64,000 nucleotides of DNA, from IMG/VR virus record IMGVR_UViG_3300046170_000302; one strand, written 5' to 3'. The notes under the pieces were generated by a model, which saw only the letters and a program-made list of their open reading frames with translations, searched no databases and was not told the DNA's origin. How positions within the stretch are numbered: the first letter of the stretch is position 1; each line of letters opens with the position of its first letter. Shown piece after piece: positions 52,167 through 63,000 of this stretch. A program made the position numbers and the translations under genes. The DNA comes from a virus. Its lineage: Duplodnaviria; Caudoviricetes.

Positions 52167-54198
52167 ATGACGAGAGACGTATTTAAAGTATTTTAAACAC
52201 GTAAGGTCTCTCCAAGAAGATAAAGGAGCTGAGAAAGCAGCAGAGCTTGGTTATCAACACCAGGCTCGTGGTGTGTATATCTAGATCCTAAAACTCAGAA
52301 GAGATACAAGAATGTTGGCGATAAGTTAGAACCTATCGTTGTTGAACCAACTGCTGATAAAGGTAGTGGTGAAGAGAAACCTGCTGGTAAGCCATTAAGT
52401 CAGTTTAGAAAAGATGCTGCAGCATCACAACCTACTCCTACTGCACTTCCACAAATTCCTGATGGAGTTAGTGACGATGAGTTTGCTGCAGCCAAGGCAA
52501 AAGAATTTACTGGTGGTAGAGATGTAACACCAGAAAGAAAGGAGTTCCTTGATAAAGTATCTAAGACACTGGTTGCATTAGGGCAATCGTCAGGCAGGCA
52601 GCTGAGGTAACTGATGAAGAGAACCTGAAACACCAGAAGAAGAACCTAAGGCAACTGAAGAACCAGAGAAAACTGCTGACGACTTTCCTACTTTAGATGA
52701 TAAAATTGCTGAAAAGGATGGTGAGGAGGAACTAAACAAAGTGAATGAAGTAGATGCCTTGATGAATGAGGAACCATCCGCAGAAAATATTGCTGATCTT
52801 CAAGACACAATGTTAGAACTTAGAAAACTGACTGGCAAGCAATCAACAGATGCTGTCCAGAAAAGTGAAGCAAAATATGCCAAATACATGGATAAAGTCT
52901 TCAAACCTTTTGAGGATCTTGTTAATAGTATGGATGAAAAGAAACAAAATTCTTTTGCCGCACTGGTCGCTAATGCACATAAGTTCACCGGTAGATCAAA
53001 CAATGGTGCAGGATTGAATTCATTGGGTCAGTTTGACGTTAAACAACTTGCACTAGCAAAGAAAAGAATGTTTGATAATTATGATTTTGATGACAAGGAA
53101 AGTGTAGAGAAGTATGTTAGAAGTGTGAGGAATAATGAAGTAACTGATGAACTAGTGGATACATCATTTGAAATCTTACCTAAGAAACTTAAACAGACCT
53201 GGGGCAAAAAAGGTATGGCAGGTAAGGGAGAACTTGGGAAAAATCATTTCTTGGGCTATGATAAAAAAGGAAAAGAGATGAGAGGACAGGGTGGTGTAGA
53301 TAGAGCCAAGTATGTTTGGAGAATGTATTTGGAACAAGGTGGTGTAGATGCTTACACGGGTCTTCCTCTCAATATTGATAATATTGACCTTGAGCATATC
53401 CGACCCGCATCAAAAGCAGAAGGTGATTTGGATGAGTTTAGAACAAGAGAGCATGAAAAGAACTGGGTTCTTGTGAATAGTAATGTTAATCAAGCCAAAA
53501 GTGATCTTACTATGAATGAGTTTTTTGAAAAACAAGTTGATCCTTTATCTTCAAAGGGTGACGACTATTGGAAAACTCGTTCAGAAATCTTTGACTATAG
53601 AAACTCTATTCCATCAAAAGAATCTGAACTTATGAGTTCATTTGTTGATAAAGATGCGAATATTGTTGAGAGTATGACAGGTGAACTTTTTATGGAGATG
53701 ATGGAGAACCACGAATCTGGACTTAAGAATACCAAGAAAGAACTTGGTATTGGTGCAGACTCAAGTGGTGATAAAGAGATTAAAGATGCTTGGAAATCGA
53801 TTGAAACTCAGTCCAAGTTAGCAAAGGAACTCACTACTGTATTGGGATTGCCTAGAGGATATAACAAACAAAAGAATGTTGAGGGATCTAAACCAAGATC
53901 AAATTCTATGGGATCTGATAATTATTATCGTGGAGTATTTCTCTCTATAATTGGCAAATCTCCTGAAGAACAGGAAAAGATTAAGAATACTTATCGTGAT
54001 GCAATTAGACATGCAGAAGATTCTGGTGGTGGGGATGCTGCCTTTGCTTCGTATATGGTTGAGAATGGGGGTGTGGATATGGAAAGAATAAACAAGTACA
54101 AAGCTCTTTCTAAAATATTCAAACCTCTTCAAGAAAGCATTAATTATGGAAGAATGACTATTGATAAGTTGAAAAAATCATTAAGAAATCCCTTTTGA
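52167..54198 (+). CDS. Large protein with HNH-like (beta-beta-alpha-Me) nuclease motif; several indels in the 5' part
   Basis: AYTGLPLNIDNIDLEHIRP..KNWVLVNSNVNQAKS; N-terminus reconstructed from ATG 52167. Confidence 0.65.
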
Positions 54199-54199
54199 C

Positions 54200-54228
54200 T
54201 TGACACAGGGGTCAAGGTGTGTTAGTAT
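54200..54228 (+). promoter_or_regulatory. Consensus sigma70 (early-type) promoter
   Basis: TTGACA-17 bp-TAGTAT; -35 lies in the palindrome CTTGAC-N6-GTCAAG. Confidence 0.75.
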
Positions 54229-54252
54229 TGTCGTATAGTAAAAAAGTCATTA

Positions 54253-54933
54253 ATGTCCGTTAGTCTAAGACTCTCTCATATTGAGGAGATTGAGTTGTGT
54301 AAGTCAGCACAACAGGGTTGTGAGAAGTCCATGGAGAAGATGGTGACTCATAATCTTGGTCTGGTAAGTAAACTTGCCAAGAAAATGTATTACAAGAATG
54401 AGCAGTTCTCCTATGAGGATATGTTCCAAGAAGGTGTCATCGGTTTGATGAAAGCCATTCGTAAGTTTGATCCAAAAGAAGGTTGTAGGTTTTCTACTTA
54501 CTCTTACTATTGGATCTATTGTTTTGTAAGTAAGTTTCACACCAATCACTATGGTAGAGTTCGTGTTCCTTCACATGTAAAAGAGAAGCTCCGTAAGTTG
54601 GAGAAGACTGATATTAAAGGTTTCACTACATTGAAGAACTCACTTCCTTATGTTGTGTCAATGAACTCATCGATTGGTGATAGTTCAACACTTGAAGATC
54701 TTATCTCAGATGACTATTATAGAGAACTTGATTGTGAAGTAGAAGTTGTTATTGATCAGATGAGAAAGGTTCTGAACGAACGTGAATACAGTGTAATGTG
54801 TCATCGTTATGGTTTGGATGGTAAAGATCAAATGACACAACGTGAGTGTGGTAAGGTATTTGGTGTAAGTTACGCCATGATCCACTTGATTGAGAAGAAA
54901 TCACTAGATAAACTTAGAAGATATTTCAACTGA
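54253..54933 (+). CDS. Sigma70-family (group 3 / RpoS-like) sigma factor
   Basis: Region 2 HNLGLV..EDMFQEGVIGLMKAIRKFDP..RFSTYSYYWI; region 4 LNERE..RYGL..TQRECGKVFGVS. Confidence 0.88.
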   Translation: MSVSLRLSHIEEIELCKSAQQGCEKSMEKMVTHNLGLVSKLAKKMYYKNEQFSYEDMFQEGVIGLMKAIRKFDPKEGCRFSTYSYYWIYCFVSKFHTNHYGRVRVPSHVKEKLRKLEKTDIKGFTTLKNSLPYVVSMNSSIGDSSTLEDLISDDYYRELDCEVEVVIDQMRKVLNEREYSVMCHRYGLDGKDQMTQRECGKVFGVSYAMIHLIEKKSLDKLRRYFN

Positions 54934-54961
54934 TAAATACTACTATGGTTGTATGTAGAAG

Positions 54962-56232
54962 ATGAAAGATTTTTTCAACTTCCTTTCGGAGGCTAGAGTA
55001 TCTAAAGCTGCTGAGAAGGCAAAGAAACTTGGCCTCACTAGTGATGGATCAGGTGGATGGGTAGATAGACAAGGTAATGTTCAAGCAAGAACTGTAGGTG
55101 GGGAACTAGTATTCTCACAGAAGAAAGGACCAACTGCAGAGAGAGAAACGGCAGGAAGAGTTGCCGCAACTAAGGAAGATCCTAAGGCACAATCTCAACA
55201 ACAGGCAGAACCTGAGGTTGAGAAGAGTAAGGATGATCAAACTGATGGTGATATGAAGAATGGGGAGACAATCACCCTAGTCTTCGGTAGGTTTAATCCA
55301 CCAACAGTTGGTCATGAGAAGTTACTTAATGGTGCAAAGAGTATTGCAGGTGGTTCAGAACTGAGGATTTATCCATCAAGATCCACTGATCCTAAGAAGA
55401 AACCCTTTGGAACCAGGTGAAAAAACTAATATGATGAAGCAAATGTTCCCTGATCATAAGGAGAGTATTGTTAATGATGAAGGTATCAAGACTATCTTTG
55501 ATGCTCTTAAGTTAGCAGATGATGAGGGATATTCTAATGTCAAAATCGTAGTTGGATCTGATAGAGTATCTGAGTTTGATAGTCTGGCTCAAAAATACAA
55601 TGGTAAGTTGTATAACTTTGATGAAATTGAGACTATTTCTGCTGGTGATAGAGATGCAGAAGGTGAAGGTGTAGAAGGAATGTCAGCCTCTAAGATGAGA
55701 CAGGCTGCATCAGAGGATGATTTTGAGGCATTCAGACAGGGTATTCCATCATCGCTGGATGACAAAACTGCAAGACAGTTGATGAGTACTGTTCGTAAGA
55801 GAATGAAAGTTACTACAGAGTCTTGGGGTCTGTGGGAGATTGCACCTAAGTTTGATTGGAGAAACCTCCGTGAGAACTATGTAACTGGTAAAATCTTTAA
55901 CATTAGTTCTTTGGTTGAGAACCTTAAACACTGGTTTGGTTGGTAAAGTTATCCGTAGAGGAACCAACTATCTAATCTGTGTGACAGAGGATAATATTAT
56001 GTTCAAGTCTTGGGTAAGAGATCTCAAGGAATATACTGAAGTCAAGATGGATAGTGAGATGAGAGATAAGACTCATCCAAATACTTTGGTTGGAACTTCT
56101 GGTAACTTCAAGAGAGTTGCAAAACTCACACCTGGTTTTGAGAAGGGCGACCCCACTAATCTACAAGATGGTGGTAAGCCATATAAGGGTTACGATATCA
56201 GAAACTTCATAAATAAGAATAAGAAAAAGTAG
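54962..56232 (+). CDS. HxGH-family nucleotidyltransferase (cytidyltransferase-like); frameshifts near 55408 and 55925
   Basis: FGRFNPPTVGHEKL, VVGSDR, SAGDRD, MSASKMR; late promoter core at 54933. Confidence 0.85.
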
Positions 56233-56240
56233 TCAAAGAA

Positions 56241-57353
56241 ATGATTAACCCTCTTAATGAATTGTCTTCTGTGTATATGCAGGACATTTCAGAAAAAAAG
56301 AAGTGTGATGAAAAACTCCCACAGGGTGATAGTGTAGATGGTGGAGATGCTGCTAAGCCTGGTAAGGATAAGAACTATGTGAAGCCTATGGCTACAGAAG
56401 GTCATTGTGCTGTTGATGGTGTTGAGTGTTCTCCAACAGAGAAGAAGAAAGACTCTAAGAGAATGAAGAAAGAAAGTGCATATTCAAATTGGAGAAATGA
56501 TTCACAAGATCTCCTAGAAGTCATTGGTGGCGCATATGGTGGAGTTGCCGGTATTGACGGTGAGAAAAATCTTGAGAACCCTAAGGCCAAGAAAGCTTCT
56601 AAGTCTAACTGAGAAGAATTGTTGAGAAAGAGTGTAAAGAATAAGATTATTATTAATCCACCTCAAGGTATGAAAGAAGCTTTTGCTGAGCTGGGTGGTG
56701 TTATTACAGAGATGTATGAGATCACTGAGAAAATTGATATCAAAAAGGCTGATATGGGTGATGTTGTAAAGGACTTCCGTAAGTCTGATGCACCTCAGTT
56801 TAAAGGTAAGTCGGATAAGAAGAAACAAGAAATGGCTGTTGCAGCTAAACTAGCTACTGAGGAGACTGAAGAAGAGAAGAAGAAGAGAGAGCTTTTGGCT
56901 AAGACCAAGGAACATGATGATAAACAGTCAGGTAAGTTGGCTGAGGCTGATATGACTGGAGCTCCTTCTATCAAAAATATGAAACCAGCAAGAAAAACTA
57001 ATGTGAAGTATGATCCTCACATGAAAGTTATGGCTCCTACCATTAAGGCAGAGGGTAGAGCACTGGCTGGTGTTCTTTCTACCATCAGAGCCAAGAATGG
57101 AATCAGAACTGTAACAGCCAAGGGAGCTGATAAACTACAGGATAAGAAAGAGAAGACTATGGGCGAAGAGATGAGTATCAAGGACCAGATGAGAATCTCC
57201 CGTGAGGCAGCTAAGAATCGTAATCCTAATCCTGACCACAGAAAGATTAATGCTATGAGGGCATCTAACCAGAAGAAAGATAATAGAACTGATGCACAGA
57301 AGATGACTGATGCTACTGGACCTAGACCTGGATCTAACTACAGAGGAGACTGA
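56241..57353 (+). CDS. Modular highly charged late protein, putative internal-head polyprotein (frameshift near 56590)
   Basis: ATAAATA at 56209; modules after ISE, ATE, ITE, LAE and GEE linkers, e.g. KADMGDVVKDFRKSDAPQFKGKS. Confidence 0.6.
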
Positions 57354-57835
57354 TGCAAGTTGGAACTGGAGGATTTACTAATAGTTCTCCTGCACAAGGA
57401 CCAGTTGCTGGTATAGACACAAAGTTGTTCAAGGGCGAAGATGATCTTCTGGATCAAGATTATCAAACCCCTGGACAATCAGGTCAAGCCAAGTGGAGAT
57501 TTTCTAATGTCTATCCTGTTCAGAGAGTAGGGTTACAAGATGTTGATGCAATGGTTGATGCATCTAAAGAGTATGTTAAGATGGTGGATGAATCAGCCTA
57601 TCAACGTATCCGTCAGGTCTTCAATCAAGTGAGGTTAGAACAAAAGATGAGAGAGAACTACGATCTTAAACGTGAAAAAAGACTTGATGATCAAGAGAGG
57701 AAACATAAAGAGCAAGATGAAAGAATGAAGTATGGTAAGAAAGGTTTTAATCAATATCAAAAAGATTCACTGAGACCTGGTGAAGTGAAAAGGTATGACA
57801 AAATGAAGAAGAAGTGGGTATCAAATAAAGATTGA
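57353..57835 (+). CDS. Hypothetical charged protein
   Basis: 160 aa; GPVAGID..; ends LRPGEVKRYDKMKKKWVSNKD. Confidence 0.65.
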   Translation: MQVGTGGFTNSSPAQGPVAGIDTKLFKGEDDLLDQDYQTPGQSGQAKWRFSNVYPVQRVGLQDVDAMVDASKEYVKMVDESAYQRIRQVFNQVRLEQKMRENYDLKREKRLDDQERKHKEQDERMKYGKKGFNQYQKDSLRPGEVKRYDKMKKKWVSNKD

Positions 57836-57866
57836 TTTATATATAGTGTAGTTATGAATTATTACT

Positions 57867-58067
57867 ATGCTATCCTTTCTACTACCATTAGCAGCAAAGA
57901 TTATTAAAGATGCTGTTGCAAATATTCCCGAGAATGAAGAACTGGGTGAGAAAATGGTTGAGATCTGTCTTGTTATTCTTTCTAAGGCAGTTAAGCTGAC
58001 CAAGACTGATATGGACGATCAACTTCTTGAGGTTGTCACAAAGGCAATAAATAATAGAGAAGAATGA
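57867..58067 (+). CDS. Small conserved hypothetical protein
   Basis: MLSFLLPLAAKII..AVKLTKTDMDDQLL. Confidence 0.7.
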   Translation: MLSFLLPLAAKIIKDAVANIPENEELGEKMVEICLVILSKAVKLTKTDMDDQLLEVVTKAINNREE

Positions 58068-58072
58068 TAAAT

Positions 58073-58108
58073 GAACCCCCTATTAGGGGTTCTATTTTTT
58101 TATAAATA
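58073..58108 (+). terminator. Terminator hairpin immediately followed by late promoter TATAAATA (58101-58108)
   Basis: GAACCCC-CTATTA-GGGGTTC, T run, then exact TATAAATA. Confidence 0.75.
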
Positions 58109-58143
58109 TTTACTAACATAACAAAGTTTATTAAGGCAGAAAC

Positions 58144-58662
58144 ATGGCACTTTGGGGAAATAACGATAACGTAGGATCGACGGGTACCGTTGCCCTGAAC
58201 TACTCTACGGGCGTCGTAACAGGAACTGGCACAACGTTCGGTCAAGTGGGTGCAGCATCAACTGGTGATGTTATTCGATTCGGTGCCCGTGGTGGTGCCT
58301 ATTTTGGTGATGCAGTCATTGTTAGTATCGCTTCTACTATTTCTTGCACGATTGGTTCGACCATGGGTCTGACTGGTGGTGCTATTAGTGGAGCTCAATT
58401 TAAAGTATCTCAACTTCCTAAGTCTAGCATTAAGGATTCTACTTACTCTAAGAAAGGAACACTATCAGGAGATTCTTTGGTTTACGGTGTGGCTAATGCT
58501 GGAGGAGTGATTCCTTCATATCATGTCACAGCAGAAGGTTGGGTTGGTGTTACTACATATAATGACTCACAAGGAAATCTGAGAGTTAAGAAAGAGACTT
58601 TAGTTGCCATGTCTGGTATTACAACTGGAGCTGGATCTATTGTATATCCTACTAACAAATGA
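58144..58662 (+). CDS. Putative virion structural protein (MALWG-type)
   Basis: Gly/Thr-rich; ends GWVGVTTY..GNLRVKKETLVAMS; late promoter upstream. Confidence 0.7.
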   Translation: MALWGNNDNVGSTGTVALNYSTGVVTGTGTTFGQVGAASTGDVIRFGARGGAYFGDAVIVSIASTISCTIGSTMGLTGGAISGAQFKVSQLPKSSIKDSTYSKKGTLSGDSLVYGVANAGGVIPSYHVTAEGWVGVTTYNDSQGNLRVKKETLVAMSGITTGAGSIVYPTNK

Positions 58663-58665
58663 TAA

Positions 58666-59058
58666 ATGATATTTAATGAATTGAACGCAGATAACTTTCT
58701 GCTATTCGCTATTAAAAATTATGAGAATCCTCAGGCAGTCAGTGTTGATGACTTTGAAAAAGATTTAAACATCTTTCGATACATCAAACGACTCCTGAGG
58801 AAGTATAAAAATGGTTCAGGTCTGAAGGTTCATCTTCTAATAAACCATTTTATTATTCTTTATAATATCTTTGGAGATGCTGCGACACCCATGCTTTTCT
58901 TTAAGCTGGATGAGGATTTGTGGCCTTCACTGAAGGCTTTTGTCTTATTCTTAGATAGATTACCAGATTACCCGAGAACATCTTTACATGAACTTGAGGT
59001 AGATGAATATTGTTTAGAAGAACTCAGAGGTATTACTGATGGAAAGGGGGAAAATTGA
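58666..59058 (+). CDS. Conserved T4-like hypothetical protein
   Basis: NFLLFAIKNYENP..FEKDL..LINHFIILYNIFG. Confidence 0.75.
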   Translation: MIFNELNADNFLLFAIKNYENPQAVSVDDFEKDLNIFRYIKRLLRKYKNGSGLKVHLLINHFIILYNIFGDAATPMLFFKLDEDLWPSLKAFVLFLDRLPDYPRTSLHELEVDEYCLEELRGITDGKGEN

Positions 59059-59350
59059 TAGGGTAATCGATGCATTTCGATCTGCCATGTATCAAGAGTT
59101 CAGTGTAAGTGAAGAAGGAATGGTAGCTAATCCTCCTGGTGGATCCGGTGGGTTTAGTGGATCTTCTGATGCAAAAGGACCAACTGCTGGTTATGATAAA
59201 CCAATGAAGTTTGATGGTCGTAATAAGTTTGTAAGAAAAGCTATCAGTGACCTGATGAGTAGAAAGGAAAAAAGAGAAAATAGAAAAAATAAAAAGAAAG
59301 CATTAGAGTTCAACCCCTACTTTAAGCCTCAAGATGGACGATCAAGTTAA
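59039..59350 (+). CDS. Hypothetical protein
   Basis: 103 aa with a Gly/Ser-rich GPTAGYD segment. Confidence 0.6.
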   Translation: MERGKIDRVIDAFRSAMYQEFSVSEEGMVANPPGGSGGFSGSSDAKGPTAGYDKPMKFDGRNKFVRKAISDLMSRKEKRENRKNKKKALEFNPYFKPQDGRSS

Positions 59351-59708
59351 GTTGGCTATACTACAGCAGAGAGTTGATGACATCAAACCTCTGTTAGATA
59401 AATTAGACGTAACTATTGAAAAACTTTCTGAGGTAAATACAACAGTTAGCAGAATGCTTGCTGTCCATGAAGAAAGATTATCAAAGTCAGAAGAGATTGA
59501 CTCTGTATTATTTGCAAAGATTGACGAACTCCGTGATAAAATGGACTCAGATCATAACAGTGTCTTGTCAAGACTACAGGATCTAGAGAAAAAGGTTTGG
59601 GTTGCTATCGGGTGCGTAGTAGCTGTGTCTTTTATAGCACAAACCAATTGGTTCGACTTGACTCCACCATCAGAAGTTGGTAAAATAACGAGTAGTTATA
59701 TCAAGTGA
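59334..59708 (+). CDS. Coiled-coil protein with C-terminal transmembrane helix
   Basis: Heptads plus KVWVAIGCVVAVSFIA. Confidence 0.65.
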   Translation: MDDQVKLAILQQRVDDIKPLLDKLDVTIEKLSEVNTTVSRMLAVHEERLSKSEEIDSVLFAKIDELRDKMDSDHNSVLSRLQDLEKKVWVAIGCVVAVSFIAQTNWFDLTPPSEVGKITSSYIK

Positions 59709-59709
59709 T

Positions 59710-60702
59710 ATGGATTTTATTGATGTCAAATACATCAATTTGATCTCCTCCAGACTTCAAAAGTTCAAAAGAGTAAAGCCAAAGCTTTATAACTTCCGAT
59801 GTCCCATATGTGGTGACTCTCAGAAGAATAAGAACAAAGCTAGAGGTTTTCTTTATCAGGTTAAGAACAATACTAATTTCAAGTGCCATAACTGTGGTAT
59901 CAGTGTTTCGTTTGCAAACTTCTTAAAGGATTTGGATCCTCAAACTTATAAACAATATACTTTTGAGAAGTTCAAAGAAGGTAATACTGGTAAGAACTTT
60001 GTAACAGAATCACCTGAAGATATGTTTAGTAAGATGAGAAATACTAAACCAACATTTAAGAAGAAGATTGTCATCGATCTCCCTTCTGCTTTCAGTATTC
60101 CATCGTCTAAACACTATTTGGAATCTAGAGCCATCTTGAGTGGGAACTTTTATTACGCAGAAAACTTCCAAGAGTTTGTTAATAGTATCAAACCAGGTTC
60201 ATTTGAACATCCTAAATTTGGTGAATCTAGAATTGTAATTCCTCTTGTCAGGGATGAGAAACTTATCGGGTTACAGGGCAGAGCCCTATCTACAAACCCT
60301 GTTAAATACTTAACCGTTATGTTGGATGAGGATGCCCCAAAGATCTATGGAACCGATGAGATTGACAAATCCCTTCCAGTCTATATTACAGAAGGACCAT
60401 TCGACTCTACGTTCATTCGCAACTCGGTTGCTATGTGTGGAGCTGATGTTGATGTCGTCAGTTGCGGGATTAGTAATCCTGTCTGGATATATGATAACGA
60501 ACCACGCAACTCCCAAATCACCAGAAGAATTGAACAAACAATCGATCAAGGAGATAGAGTCGTTATCTGGCCCTCCAATATTCGGGAAAAGGATATAAAT
60601 GATATGGTCTTAAGTGGACATAAAGTTCAAGAGATTGTAGACAAAAACACCTACAAAGGATTAGAAGCAAAACTAAAATTTACCAGTTGGAAAAAAGTAT
60701 GA
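59710..60702 (+). CDS. g61: DNA primase gp61
   Basis: RCPICGDS..CHNC zinc finger, TEGPFDS, YDNEPRN, KDINDM. Confidence 0.96.
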   Translation: MDFIDVKYINLISSRLQKFKRVKPKLYNFRCPICGDSQKNKNKARGFLYQVKNNTNFKCHNCGISVSFANFLKDLDPQTYKQYTFEKFKEGNTGKNFVTESPEDMFSKMRNTKPTFKKKIVIDLPSAFSIPSSKHYLESRAILSGNFYYAENFQEFVNSIKPGSFEHPKFGESRIVIPLVRDEKLIGLQGRALSTNPVKYLTVMLDEDAPKIYGTDEIDKSLPVYITEGPFDSTFIRNSVAMCGADVDVVSCGISNPVWIYDNEPRNSQITRRIEQTIDQGDRVVIWPSNIREKDINDMVLSGHKVQEIVDKNTYKGLEAKLKFTSWKKV

Positions 60703-63000
60703 GTAACGGTACAAAGGTTCAGAAGAGAGATGGTCGTGTTGAATCACTTGACCTGGATAAGATGCATCTTATGGTTGAAGAGGCGTGTGATGGCCTATCA
60801 AATGTGTCTGCTAGTCAGGTAGAGATGACATCTGGTATTCAGTTCTATGATGGCATTACTACTGCTGAGATCCAAGAGATTCTTATTAAGAGTGCCAGTG
60901 ACCTGATTGACTTGGATCACCCCAACTATCAGTTTGTAGCTGCAAGACTCCTTCTGTTCTCTCTTAGGAAGCAACTGTATGGTGGTAGGAGGGAGATGCC
61001 TTCCTTGATTGATCACATCACCAAACTGGCATACGATGATCACTATGATAGAGATATCTTTACAAAGTATTCACAAGAAGAGATTGAGAAGGTAGAAACT
61101 TTTATTGATCACGATCGTGATTTTCTATTCACATATGCTGGTTTGAGGCAGGTTGTGGATAAATACCTAGTACAAGATAGGAGTATTGGAAAGGTACACG
61201 AAACTCCTCAGTTCATGTATATGATGATTGCATTGACAATCTTCCGTGAGTATCCAAAAGAAACAAGACTTTCCTACGTTAGAAGATACTACGATGCCAT
61301 CTCAAAACACAGACTCAACATCCCAACGCCAATCATGGCGGGTGTCAGAACTCCCCTACGCCAGTTTGCGTCTTGTGTTCTGGTTGATGTTGATGACACC
61401 CTGGATAGCATTTTTAGTTCTGATATGGCCATTGGCCGTTATGTCGCACAAAGGGCTGGCATCGGTATCAACGCTGGCAGGATCCGTGGGATCAACAGTA
61501 AAATCAGGGGCGGAGAAGTACAGCACACTGGCGTTGTTCCTTTCCTTAAGAAGTTTGAATCAACTGTACGATGCTGTACACAAAATGGGATTCGTGGTGG
61601 CTCAGCAACAGTCCACTTCCCCATCTGGCACCAAGAAATCCAAGACATCATCGTCTTAAAGAACAACAAAGGCACAGAAGACAACAGGGTACGGAAACTT
61701 GATTACTCAATCCAAATTTCAAAGATTTTCTACGAACGTTTCATTGCGAATGGAGAGATTAGCTTGTTCTCACCGCACGACGTACCGGGTCTGTATGATG
61801 CCTTTGGTACTGACGGGTTCGATGATTTATATGTTAGTTTTGAACGAGATGAGTCTGTTCCAAGAAAGAGTATTAAAGCACAAGAACTAATCCTCGATAT
61901 TCTCAAAGAAAGAGCAGAGACCGGTCGTCTGTATCTGATGAATATTGACCATTGTAACTCTCACTCTTCTTTCAAAGATAAGATTGAGATGAGTAATCTG
62001 TGTCAAGAGATTACTCTCCCCGACATATCCTTTGTCACACATCGATGACCAGGTTGGTGAGATTGCACTGTGTATTCTCTCAGCAGTCAACGTTGGTAAG
62101 ATTAAGTCCGATGAGGAACTAGAAGACCTCTGTGACCTAGCTGTGAGGGGTCTAGACGAGTTGATTGACTATCAAGACTATCCAATCATCGCAGCTGAAC
62201 TTGCAACTAAGGCAAGAAGGTCTCTGGGTATTGGTTACATTGGATTGGCACACTACCTAGCAAAGTTGGGTTACTCCTATGATTCACAAGAGGCATGGGA
62301 TGCTGTTCATGGACTCTCTGAGTCCTTCCAGTATTACCTTCTGAAGTCTTCTAATCAGTTGGCTAAGGAGAAAGGTCACTGTGAATACTTTGGTCGCACC
62401 AAATACTCCAGTGGAACACTACCTATCGATACATATAAGAAAGATGTAGATGAACTAGTATCAACGGAGTTGCAACATGATTGGGATATGCTTAGGAATG
62501 ATATCCTCGAATACGGTCTCAGGAACTCAACACTGTCCGCACAAATGCCATCGGAAAGCAGTTCCGTTGTGTCAAACGCAACTAATGGAATCGAACCTCC
62601 TCGTGGATACTTGTCCATTAAGAAGTCCAAGAAAGGGCCTCTTAAGCAAATTGTTCCCCAGTATGCCTCATTGAAGAATAACTATACTCTTCTGTGGGAT
62701 ATGAAAGATAATGGTGGATACATTAGAATAGTAGCTGTGATGCAAAAGTTCTTCGACCAGGCAATTTCTGGTAACTGGAGTTATAATCCAGAGAACTATC
62801 CTGATAATGAGGTTCCTGTTTCCCAGATGGCAAAGGATTTTCTCACAACTTATAAATATGGTTGGAAGACATCCTACTATCAGAACACTCACGACTTAAA
62901 GTCTGATGAAGTAGATGAAGAGCCGCAGTCGAAGTTAGATGAATTGTTATTAGAACTATCACAAGCCGAGGAGGGAGAGTGTGAATCCTGTGCAGTTTAA
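60699..63000 (+). CDS. nrdA: Class Ia ribonucleotide reductase alpha subunit (frameshift near 62020)
   Basis: ATP cone VQKRDG, PTPIMAG, FASC, SNLCQEI, LCILS, MPSESSS, C-terminal CESC. Confidence 0.97.

Noticed and set aside
725-62892. The many 60-150 aa minus-strand and nested plus-strand ORFs in the track
   Set aside because: They lie within well-supported + strand genes and have low-complexity shadow composition; no independent minus-strand gene could be supported
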